Below, one piece after another: positions 8,723 to 17,623 of a stretch of 63,643 nucleotides of DNA. The stretch covers positions 1 through 63,643 of the forward strand of contig JAFGME010000037.1 of assembly GCA_016927695.1 (NCBI GenBank), given 5' to 3'. Position 1 is the first letter of the stretch. Every line of letters begins with the position of its first letter. This DNA comes from Bacteroidales bacterium (GTDB lineage Bacteria > Bacteroidota > Bacteroidia > Bacteroidales > JAFGHD01). Position numbers and translations under genes: made by a program. A model generated the notes under the pieces. It was not told where the DNA came from. It was given only the letters and a program-made list of their open reading frames with translations, and ran no database searches.

Positions 8723-11359
8723 CTAATTATCCCGGAGGCAACGGACACTTGTACCAGTTAGCTTATTGTAGTTGCCCACGCTCATACCGCCGGAGCCAAA
8801 GGACAGGCCACGACCCCAGGAAGTGCCTGAAAAGTACTCTGTAGAAGACCACCAGTAGCCGTAGTAGCCAATTAAGTAGAAGGCGCCACTGTGGTGACGG
8901 TAGCCGCCTGGAAGACCTGAAAATCCGTAATCGTCTGTGCCATAGTTTCCATAATTTGAATCTTCTTCCCATCGCGGGTGCTCGCTTGTATTGCAACCAA
9001 CGCCAAGAGGTGAATTGACCTGTCTGCACGATTTAAGCTTGTTCCCGTTGGGCCAACCTGTTCCGCCAAGATAATCGGTTAATGCTGTCCATTCATTATC
9101 AGCCGGCACATGCCAGCCCGACGGGCAAAGACCGTTGGTGTCGACTGTCGCATACCAGTTGTATAAAGGGCCGTATTTGTCTTTCCAGTTTATATCATTG
9201 TCGTACCAAACGTAAGCTCCGGTAGTCAGGCTTGACCATGCACTTGCATCTGTTACATTGGGAATGGGCGTGCCGTTTTTATAAGTCGTTGTTTTCAGGT
9301 TTTCCTTCAACCAGCATTGTGTGCCGATAAGTACGGTGTTGTATATATTGTCGTCAATATCAGTTATGGTTGGCATGCCGGGGCAGGGCTCGCCTGATGC
9401 GCCGCCGGAGGTTACGGTAATGTAGTTGGTCTTTATTTTCGTGTCGGAACCGTAGGTGTTGGCAACTGTGAGTTGCACGGTGTAGCTGCCTGCATTTTGG
9501 TATGTGTGCGCCGGGTTCTGCTGTGTGCTGGTATCGCCATCGCCAAAGTTCCACTGCCAACTTGTGGCGTTGTTGGTGGACTGGTCGGTGAAGTAAACGG
9601 TAAGGGGTACGGCGCCGGAGGTTGGGGTACCGGAGAAGTTTGATGCAGGGGGACCTTCATCTATGATGCAACGGACACTAAAGCCATTGCGCTTATTGTA
9701 GTTGTACGCACTCACATCACCATCGCACCAGAAGAGGTTTCGGTACCAGGCGCTAATAGACGAGTACTCCGTAGAAGACCACCAGGTGCCGTAGTAGCCA
9801 ATGGTGTCGAAATTGCCATAGTTGTCGCGCTCGCTGCCCGGAAGACCAGAAAATCCGTAATTGTCTGTGCCATAGTTACCATAAAATGGATCTTCTTCCC
9901 ATCGCGGATGCTCGCTTGTATTGCAACCGCCGCCAAGAGGTGAATTGACCTGCCTGCACGATTTAAGCTTGTTCCCATTGGGTTCACCTGTTCCCCCAAT
10001 ATGATCAGTCAGCGCTGTCCATTCATTATGAGTCGGCACATGCCAGCCCGACGGGCAAAGTCCGTTGGGATCGACTGTCGCATACCAGTTGTATAAAGCG
10101 CCGTATTTGTCTTTCCAGATAATATTATTGTCATACCACACATAAGCTCCTGTAGTCAGGTTTGACCAGTTATAACCATTGGTAACGTTCGGTATGGAAG
10201 CGCCGTTTTTATAAGTTGTAGTCTTCAGGTTTTCCTTCATCCAGCATTGAGAGCCTATCAGAACGGTATTGTACACATTGCCGTCAATGTCTGTTACCGG
10301 ATCGCTACAGCTCCACCATTGTATCACAGCCACTGCTGTCGTATCAGTACCGATCAGCCCCCCGGAATCCATCACCTGCATCATTCCAATATAAACGCCA
10401 GGCTGATCGTACTGCCATGTGGCCGTTTTCGTCATACTCCATCCACTCTCCCAGATGCCGTCGCCGTCAAAATCCCACCGTACCCGCAATGCTTCCGGCG
10501 GATCCTCCGGATCGGTGCTCATCGAGCCGTCGAAGCTGAAAATGGTAGTCGTGTTACCTGTCTGGGGCGTTACCGTGAATTCCGCCACAGGAGGTGTGTT
10601 CAGCAGGTTCACCGGAACCTGGCTTGCCAGCCCCGCATTGGGATACCAGATGTCAATCTTGTCGTTGTTGTCCACGTATCCGTTCATCGTAAAGTCTCCT
10701 GCCAGGTAACCCGATAACCCTGCCTGCGGCTTCCAAACCTCCAGCTTATCGGTGTTGTTTACCGTGCAGTCGGCGTTGCCGTCGCCGCCTGCCATGACCC
10801 AGTAACCATTCACCTGTTTGTGCGCCATGGTTCCGCCGTATGCCTTGTCAGGAGCGTCAGTGAAATCGTAGGCGTATATGCCGTTGCTCAGCGTCAGTGG
10901 AAAATTCGACAGTAGGCCCAGATGGTTGCGGTGCCACACGACCACATAGAGATTCTGGGTGATATTGTGTCCGGTGAACTGGGGCGGGCTGACGCCGTCA
11001 AGTCCGGTGATGACGCCATCATAAAAGATGAAACAGGTCATCCGGTCAATCACCGTAGCGGGGGTTGCTGTTTCCGGCCCTCCCGGCGCTTCGCGCAACT
11101 CCACCAACACCCAGTCCACTACCTCGTTGTTCGGTATAGAAACCACCTGATCCGGGCCGTTGTGATACCAGGGCGCCTGGTTGTAAGGATGGTTCAAAGG
11201 CAGGTAACCATTGTTGTTCAGGAAGGTGTTCATATCATCACCAGTGAAAGGGCCTTCGAGATAGACCTTCAGGTCGAGGGTGATCTGGGCTGCAGCATGG
11301 AAGGGCAGCCATCCATTCATGCAAATAATGGCAAACGTAATGTAAATGAGCTTTTTCAT
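8723..11359 (-). CDS. Secreted protein: EGP-HRNHL-dockerin-like module, PKD, FISUMP, PKD, FISUMP; candidate DGR target
   Basis: Signal peptide; WDFDGDG and WNFGDG PKD motifs; two DIDGNxYxTVxIGxQCWxxENL...YGxLYNW...CPxGWHVP...WWSST...SVRC domains. Confidence 0.88.
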   Translation of the reverse strand: MKKLIYITFAIICMNGWLPFHAAAQITLDLKVYLEGPFTGDDMNTFLNNNGYLPLNHPYNQAPWYHNGPDQVVSIPNNEVVDWVLVELREAPGGPETATPATVIDRMTCFIFYDGVITGLDGVSPPQFTGHNITQNLYVVVWHRNHLGLLSNFPLTLSNGIYAYDFTDAPDKAYGGTMAHKQVNGYWVMAGGDGNADCTVNNTDKLEVWKPQAGLSGYLAGDFTMNGYVDNNDKIDIWYPNAGLASQVPVNLLNTPPVAEFTVTPQTGNTTTIFSFDGSMSTDPEDPPEALRVRWDFDGDGIWESGWSMTKTATWQYDQPGVYIGMMQVMDSGGLIGTDTTAVAVIQWWSCSDPVTDIDGNVYNTVLIGSQCWMKENLKTTTYKNGASIPNVTNGYNWSNLTTGAYVWYDNNIIWKDKYGALYNWYATVDPNGLCPSGWHVPTHNEWTALTDHIGGTGEPNGNKLKSCRQVNSPLGGGCNTSEHPRWEEDPFYGNYGTDNYGFSGLPGSERDNYGNFDTIGYYGTWWSSTEYSSISAWYRNLFWCDGDVSAYNYNKRNGFSVRCIIDEGPPASNFSGTPTSGAVPLTVYFTDQSTNNATSWQWNFGDGDTSTQQNPAHTYQNAGSYTVQLTVANTYGSDTKIKTNYITVTSGGASGEPCPGMPTITDIDDNIYNTVLIGTQCWLKENLKTTTYKNGTPIPNVTDASAWSSLTTGAYVWYDNDINWKDKYGPLYNWYATVDTNGLCPSGWHVPADNEWTALTDYLGGTGWPNGNKLKSCRQVNSPLGVGCNTSEHPRWEEDSNYGNYGTDDYGFSGLPGGYRHHSGAFYLIGYYGYWWSSTEYFSGTSWGRGLSFGSGGMSVGNYNKLTGTSVRCLRDN
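8738..10297 (-). repeat. Ungapped intragenic direct repeat (8738-9367 and 9668-10297, offset 930 nt)
   Basis: Hand alignment: about 25/154 aa differ in the N-terminal part versus 26/52 in the block before SVRC. Confidence 0.9.
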
Positions 11360-11386
11360 AATATCGTTGTTTATGTGATTGGTTTA

Positions 11387-11949
11387 TCATTTCAAACATT
11401 CAGCGCATTGTTGGCCAGGCGCCCGACCTTTAAATAAAGCAATAATTCGTTTCATGAGGTTATTCGGATGTCCATACGTTTTCAGCCTGTACTTATTCCG
11501 GAGCCATCGGGCAATTCTCTTGTTCAGAGACCTGAACAGCGGGTGCAATTCAGATATCCGGAACTTCCCGTAAAAGTTGATCCATTCACGGATTTCAGGA
11601 GCTTTAGCAGCAGCTGAAAAATGGATGTTTTTATCAACCCATTTGTGTATAGCTGAGTTACTAATCTCCCAGATTATCCGTTTCTGGCTTTTCATACTGG
11701 TGGATGGCCTAAAACCCCAGAAAAGTTGCCCATCTGTCCGTGAACATTTCCTGGGTTTGAACGTAAACAAAAAAAATCAAACGACACCGGAACATTCTTG
11801 TTTTCCTTGTGAAACCGGGCTGTTCTATAACAGTATACGATTGTTGCCTTCTGTTCATTTTTCTCCAAAGCAGACTGTTTGAACCTCTCCCTGACTTTAT
11901 CAAGGATGAACTCTGATATTTCTATGCTGCGAATGTGTATGATGATATT
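11387..11949 (-). pseudogene. Group II intron RT/maturase fragment (from just after YADD through domain X)
   Basis: NIIIHIRSIEISEFILDKVRERFK...IVYCYR...VSFDFF / frameshift / FTFKPRK...FWGFRPSTSMKSQKRI...IREWINFYGKFRISELHPLFRSLNKRIARWLRNKYR; no intron domain V recognised downstream. Confidence 0.85.
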
Positions 11950-12829
11950 AGTTTATTTTTATCAACTTCCCTGTTCCTATCTTTTTTCCAGCACGCATTT
12001 CAAAATAATATGGCCCTGTTTCTAACCTTTCCGCCTTCCATTCAATTTTATGCTTTCCTTTGGTTTGATTTTCATGTACCATAACTTCAATCACCCTGCC
12101 ATTTTTGTCAAATATTGCTAAAGTTGTTTTAGATTGATCTTAAAGCATATAATCAAAATTAATAAATATTTTAAATGGATTTGGAATTACATAAACATTT
12201 AGTCTTAAATTATTTTGCCTTATTTCATTAATATCACCGGGAAAAGAACCAAATTCGTATGCACCCATATCAACAATGGGCCCGCCCGTTCCATCACCAT
12301 CCCATATTCTGTAATTTCCTATAATATCCTGAAGGGGTAATGAAAGCCCTTTTGTATCAGCTTTGCCTGCATCAATACAAGGTGATTCAGATGTTAATAA
12401 ATATGGATAATCTCCACTGTTTAAAAAATGGGCTTGAAGATCGACAGCTAATGCCACCTCCATAGACTGCATGTCCGTTTCTAATGGTAAATCCACATAA
12501 AACAGATGATTGATCTTCACCTGAATTAAAAGCAACCACACTTTTTTTTATCGGAAGGTGAATATACTCCAACAATCATGGTTTGTTAAATATATGCAGT
12601 ATACAGTGTTATTAGAAATTCTGAAGCAACCGTAATATTTTTACCACCAAAATTAATGTTTTCGTTATAGGTCCCTGGTTCAACTAAAACAGTATCCCCA
12701 TTAAATGCCACATTAATACCTTGCTGGATTGTAGGATAATCGGCAGGTATATGTATCACCTGTGCTTTGATCGATGAGATGAATATTAAAGCGCTGAAAG
12801 AAAGTTGAATTTTTTTTATCTGTTTACAT
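11948..12829 (-). pseudogene. Decayed T9SS cargo gene (beta-helix-type N-terminus, CTD)
   Basis: QVIHIPADYPTIQQGINVAFNGDTVLVEPGTYNENINFGGKNITVAS...GFTIRNG...GGGISC joined to SPCIDAG...VDMGAYEF...IPNPF...GKLIKIN*; in-frame stops, frameshifts and an internal deletion. Confidence 0.8.
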
Positions 12830-12874
12830 TATAACAAGTTGCAACTGATCAGTTTCTAAATTAAATAAAAATTC

Positions 12875-13223
12875 TCAGTCTTTCAGGCAGCGAAGACTAA
12901 AGCCATAAGTCTTCATATTGAATGAGGCAGAACACTGATCATAAAAAATGCTAAGATTATTCCCATAGTAACTTGAATTCTGGGCGCTGCTCCAGTAAAA
13001 ACCTGAAACACCCCTGTTTTTTATTAAACTGCCAGTACCAGCCGGCAGAGGTTTCCCGATTGTCAGTTGCAGAAGTTGCAGGATTATATGAACCCAAATT
13101 CTGGACGATCCAGCATTTATTACTTCCACTTAAATTGGTTTCAACAGTTGTATAATGAACTGTTTTATTCACCGGGGCAACATCACTGGCAAAATGTTCC
13201 ACAGTTAGAAGCTGGCCGCAGCT
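12875..13223 (-). pseudogene. Detached, internally deleted sixth FISUMP-like repeat of the 1403-aa gene
   Basis: In frame after the TGA at 13224-13226: SCGQLLTVEHFASDVAPVNKTV...SAGWYWQFNKKQG, then a frame jump to RGVSGFYWSS...YGFSLRCLKD*. Confidence 0.85.
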
Positions 13224-16200
13224 TCAGGGGGCCGTTGGTTCATACACACAGCGGACAGAAGTTCCCCATGCTTTCTCGCCAAAGTACAAACTGCTAAAAT
13301 CACCTGATAAGAATAAATGCCAGGCCTTATTACTGTCTTCCTGTGTACTGCTCCAGTAAGCTCCCTGGGATCCCCTGTATAAAAGCTGTCCGTTGCTGAT
13401 GTGCAGATAACCTGCTGAATGGAGCGTGAGCTCACTGGAGTACGCCTGAAAATGATTGTTCCATCCACCGTTAATATCAGCGTTAGTCCATTCAGTCTGG
13501 GTTGGGATCCTCCATCCGGAACCTAAAAGCGCTTTGCAGGGATCAGTGCCCGGCTGCCAGTTTGAATTTTCATTTATTGACATGATCCAGGGAGTATTCG
13601 GAGTGCGGATTGTACCATCATGCTTGTATCCCTGCCTGCGGTTAAACTGCCAGTACCAGCCGGCTGAAGCTTCAGAGTCATCTGTTGCAGAATTGGCCTG
13701 ATGATCGGCGCCAAGGTTTTGTGTGATCCAGCACAAGTCACTTCCGGTCAGGTTGGTCACCACTGTTCCGTAATTAATGGTTTTGTCAACTGGCGCCACA
13801 TCTCCTGCCGTATGAACCACCTGTAAGTCATTGCCGCAGCTCCACGACGCCTCAATGAGACAGCGAATACTGTAACCAAGGGATGTTGCTTGTTGCTGCA
13901 TTGTGCTGCTGTTATCGCTGAGATACAGTGCCCAGCTTGGCAAACCTGTCGAAGTGCTGCTCCAGTAATGACCGTTCGAACCCCTGGCCAGCAAAGTACC
14001 GGCGCTGCCCTGTATGTAACCTGCCGCATGAAGTTTCAGAACGCTGGAGTACGAATCATCGTAGTTGTTCCATCCCCCGTTGAGGTCAGCATTGCTCCAC
14101 TCCGTGCCTGTCGGTATTCTCCAACCTTCGCCGAAGAGTTTTGTACAGGGATCGTTTGCGGATTGCCAGTCAGTATAGTTGCTGCCCACAGGGTTCCAGT
14201 TACCGGGGATAAGGGTCGTACCATCATGTTTATAACCCTGTATTTTACCGAACTGCCAGTACCAGCCGGCTGAAGCTTCCGTTGCATCGGTGGCAGAAGC
14301 AGCCTGATGGTCGGCTCCCAGGTTTTGGGTGATCCAGCATTTGTTGCTTCCTGAAAGGTTTGTTTCCACTGTGCCATAAGTTACGGTCTTATTAACAGGT
14401 GAAACCTCTCCCGCGTAATGGACCACCTGGAAACTATCTCCGCAACTTACCGAAGTTGGAATATCCCTGACACACCTGACAGAATTGCCGTTTGCCTTTT
14501 CAATGTATGTCATCCCGCAGGCATAATTGTACATATGCAAGATTGAACCTAAACCTTCCAGAAGAGTGTTCGAATTGTCTGTCCAATAATAACCAATTGA
14601 TCCTCTGTCCATTAACCCGCCATTCCACATCCAAAGCTGCCCCGCGGCATGAAGTTTTAATGCGCTGGTGAAAGCCTGGCTATAATTGTTCCAACCGCCA
14701 TTTAAATCAGCGTTGTACCATTCTGAATAGGTGGGCATTCTCCATCCGGAACCGAGAAGTAATGCACATGGGTCATGGGAAGGCCACCAGTTTGCGTTTT
14801 CAATGATAGATGTAATCCAGATAGTGTTAGGGGTCCGGGTTAGCCCGTCATGCATGTAACCCTGTTTTCGGTTGAACTGCCAGTACCAGCCTGCCGATGC
14901 TTCAGTGTCATCTGTGGCAGAGGTGGCTTGTTGATCTGATCCCAGGTTCTGGGTTATCCAGCATCTGTTGGTTCCGGCCAGGTTGGTTGGTGAGGTCTGA
15001 TAATTTACGAGCTTGCTTACAGGGGCGACATCCCCTGCCGTGTGAACCACCTGAAGTTCATCGCCGCATTTCCAGGTTTCCGGGTTATCACGAACACAAC
15101 GAACCGAATAACCGTAATTTTTATTGCGGGCGTCGCGGGCAGCCTGGGCCAGGCTGAATCCCAGCGTCCTGTAAACTGCGCTGTCACCACTTTCCGTGGA
15201 TGACCACCAATAGCCGTTGCTTGCCATATAATTGAATGAACCGGAAAGGTAGTTTCTGCCACCGCCAGGCAGGGCTGTGAACCCGACAAGATCCGAAGAG
15301 CCCGCATTCGGATTTGTCCAATGCGTGAAACCGGTTTCCTTGAGCTTTCCACCGCCATCCACCCCGCGCCAGCCTGTGATGTCACAAGCTATTGTATTGT
15401 CAACAAACTGTTCGAGCATGCACCATTCGGCATCTGTTGGCACATGCCATCCGCCGTTTGGCGGACAAATACCCTGAACTCCCTGTGTGATAACATAATT
15501 CATGATTTCATTCCACTGGTAAAGACCACCGTAAACATCACAGTTTGCATCACTGTTGTTATAGCAATATTTCTCGATAATTCCATTGTCAGCTTGCTGC
15601 TGAACACCGTTAATCCTGGCACCAATGTTTAAATTCGCCGCCATCCAGCACTGTGTGCCGATTACGGTGGTATTATACACCTTTCCGTCTCTTGGATCTA
15701 CTATTGTATCCCCGCAAGACCATACATAATCCTTTGTTATGAAATCCCACACCGGCCCTGCCGTTGAATCCCCGTACACATCGTAAGCCACTACTTTCCA
15801 GGAATAAGCGGTTGAATAATTCAGGGTTCCCGGATAATAAAATGTGTCGGGGTGGTTGGCAATCATAAGCTGCGGATTGCCTGAATCCCCAAAATATATT
15901 GAGTAGTGAAGCGCATCACCGTTCGGATCGGAACAGGTCCAGGACAATGTAGGGTCTATTCCGATAGCTGTTGACCCGTTAAAAGGAACCGGGTTTTCCG
16001 GTGATGAAGGTGGCAGGTTGTTGAGCGGTTCATTTGCAATACAGCGAACCGAGTAACCATAAGCTTTATTCCTGTTATCGCGGCACGACTGGATCAGGAT
16101 ATTGCCCAATGTCCGGTACACAGCATTTCCGCCCGTTTCGGTGGAGCACCACCAGTAGCCGTTGGTGGACATATAATTGAACGAACCGTTGGAATAATTG

Positions 16201-17435
16201 CGGTCACCTCCCGGAAGAGCTGTAAATCCGCTTAAATTGGTGGCGCCTGTGTTTGGAGAGGCCCAGTGGATTGTACCTGTTTCCTTCATATTACCTCCTG
16301 CATCAAGTCCCCGCCATCCTGTCTGATCCCAAACCGGATCAGGATATCCGTACTGACTGTCCGCTTCACCTTCCAACTCTTTCCATTCCTCATCCGTCGG
16401 CACATGCCATCCGCTGTTTGGCAGACAAATCCCCTGCGCACCGGGCGCGCTTACATACTGCATCATTTCGTTCCACTGGTATAGGCCGCCATAGATATCA
16501 CAATTGGCTTCGCTGTTGTTGTAGCAATACTTTTCGATGGTTCCGTTGTCTGATTGGGGCTGAACACCGTCAATCCTGGTTCCCGCGTTCAGGTTTTCGC
16601 CCATCCAGCATCGGTTGCCGATTTCAACGGTGGTATAGATATGCCCGTCGCGAACGTCAGCAATATCTTTTCCGCAAACCCAGACGCCGGGCAGTTGGGC
16701 GCTCCTGCCGCTATTCACCAGCCAGTGATCGATCTTATCCACATTGTCAACCTGACCATTCATGGTGAAATCCCCCGCAAAATAACCTGAAAAACCCGCC
16801 TGTTGCTTCCAGACATCATTTTTATCCCCGTTGTTCACCTGGCCGTCGCCATTGCCATCCCCGGAAACCATGCCCCAGATTCCGGGCACAAGTTCTTTAT
16901 GGGCAGTGGCGCCTCCAAAAGCCTGTAAAACCCCTGCAGTAAAATTATAACCGTACTGTCCGCCAGTGCCGGTCAACTCCACAGCAGACATTACTGCCAG
17001 ATGGTTCCGGTGATAAACCACAACAAACAGTTTCTGTGAAATGGTAAGACCAAATTGCATCGGAGAAATGCCGTCGATTCCGGTTATGGTTCCGTTTTTC
17101 AGCACGAAGCCTGCCTGACGACCCACAACACTTTCAACATAAGCAGTGGAGGCATCCCCCGCCGTTTCACGGAGTTCAACTAAAATCCAGTCAACGACCT
17201 CGCTGTTTGGTATGGCAATGATGCTTTCAGGGCCGGAATAATTCCATGGGGCTGCATTGTAAGGCTGGGTAAGAGGGATTAAGCCGAAGCTATTCAGTGA
17301 AGTTTCCATCTCTGCGCCCCCGAAAGGTCCCTCTAAAATTACCTTCAGGTCAACGCTTATCTGGGCAAAGGGTTGCAGCGTCAATAAAAGCGCTGTGATC
17401 AACAAGAAAAATCTTTTCGATGGTATTGCTTTCAT
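13224..17435 (-). CDS. Large secreted protein: EGP-HRNHL-dockerin-like module, FISUMP, FN3-like, FISUMP, three divergent FISUMP-like repeats
   Basis: Signal peptide; DxRDG..Y.T..IG..CWM..NLN..YGGLYQW domains; three VVHxAGxVxPV...CWITQNLG...SAGWYWQF...LHxAG...SVRC repeats. Confidence 0.88.
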   Translation of the reverse strand: MKAIPSKRFFLLITALLLTLQPFAQISVDLKVILEGPFGGAEMETSLNSFGLIPLTQPYNAAPWNYSGPESIIAIPNSEVVDWILVELRETAGDASTAYVESVVGRQAGFVLKNGTITGIDGISPMQFGLTISQKLFVVVYHRNHLAVMSAVELTGTGGQYGYNFTAGVLQAFGGATAHKELVPGIWGMVSGDGNGDGQVNNGDKNDVWKQQAGFSGYFAGDFTMNGQVDNVDKIDHWLVNSGRSAQLPGVWVCGKDIADVRDGHIYTTVEIGNRCWMGENLNAGTRIDGVQPQSDNGTIEKYCYNNSEANCDIYGGLYQWNEMMQYVSAPGAQGICLPNSGWHVPTDEEWKELEGEADSQYGYPDPVWDQTGWRGLDAGGNMKETGTIHWASPNTGATNLSGFTALPGGDRNYSNGSFNYMSTNGYWWCSTETGGNAVYRTLGNILIQSCRDNRNKAYGYSVRCIANEPLNNLPPSSPENPVPFNGSTAIGIDPTLSWTCSDPNGDALHYSIYFGDSGNPQLMIANHPDTFYYPGTLNYSTAYSWKVVAYDVYGDSTAGPVWDFITKDYVWSCGDTIVDPRDGKVYNTTVIGTQCWMAANLNIGARINGVQQQADNGIIEKYCYNNSDANCDVYGGLYQWNEIMNYVITQGVQGICPPNGGWHVPTDAEWCMLEQFVDNTIACDITGWRGVDGGGKLKETGFTHWTNPNAGSSDLVGFTALPGGGRNYLSGSFNYMASNGYWWSSTESGDSAVYRTLGFSLAQAARDARNKNYGYSVRCVRDNPETWKCGDELQVVHTAGDVAPVSKLVNYQTSPTNLAGTNRCWITQNLGSDQQATSATDDTEASAGWYWQFNRKQGYMHDGLTRTPNTIWITSIIENANWWPSHDPCALLLGSGWRMPTYSEWYNADLNGGWNNYSQAFTSALKLHAAGQLWMWNGGLMDRGSIGYYWTDNSNTLLEGLGSILHMYNYACGMTYIEKANGNSVRCVRDIPTSVSCGDSFQVVHYAGEVSPVNKTVTYGTVETNLSGSNKCWITQNLGADHQAASATDATEASAGWYWQFGKIQGYKHDGTTLIPGNWNPVGSNYTDWQSANDPCTKLFGEGWRIPTGTEWSNADLNGGWNNYDDSYSSVLKLHAAGYIQGSAGTLLARGSNGHYWSSTSTGLPSWALYLSDNSSTMQQQATSLGYSIRCLIEASWSCGNDLQVVHTAGDVAPVDKTINYGTVVTNLTGSDLCWITQNLGADHQANSATDDSEASAGWYWQFNRRQGYKHDGTIRTPNTPWIMSINENSNWQPGTDPCKALLGSGWRIPTQTEWTNADINGGWNNHFQAYSSELTLHSAGYLHISNGQLLYRGSQGAYWSSTQEDSNKAWHLFLSGDFSSLYFGEKAWGTSVRCVYEPTAP

Positions 17436-17457
17436 TATTGGTGGATTTATAACAAAG

Positions 17458-17465
17458 CAAATATA
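17458..17465 (-). promoter_or_regulatory. Bacteroidota -7 promoter element for the 1403-aa gene
   Basis: TATATTTG on the minus strand, 23 nt upstream of the ATG. Confidence 0.6.
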
Positions 17466-17623
17466 AAGAAATATTCAAAAGGCAAAAAAATGAAGGTCGG
17501 TTTGCCGGAATATTTCTTATGAAAGCATTGAGAGAATCGCCGCCCCTCAACGGGATGCTTTCTGAAAAAGCGGATAAAACATTCTCCGGTCCCTGAAATT
17601 GCGGCACCGGTGGCTAAGGCTGA

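Noticed and set aside
9680-9835. Internal FISUMP copy acting as the template for the terminal copy
   Set aside because: Many mismatches fall at non-adenine bases of this copy (GAC vs CAC, TGC vs GGC, TTC vs TCC), so both look like products rather than a template.
11387-11949. Active group II intron or functional RT
   Set aside because: No YADD, a frameshift, no N-terminus, and no recognisable domain V/VI RNA downstream.
13224-13226. TGA recoded as Trp or selenocysteine
   Set aside because: TGA is a normal stop elsewhere (gyrB, prc), and the downstream repeat is itself deleted and frameshifted, so nonsense mutation is simpler.
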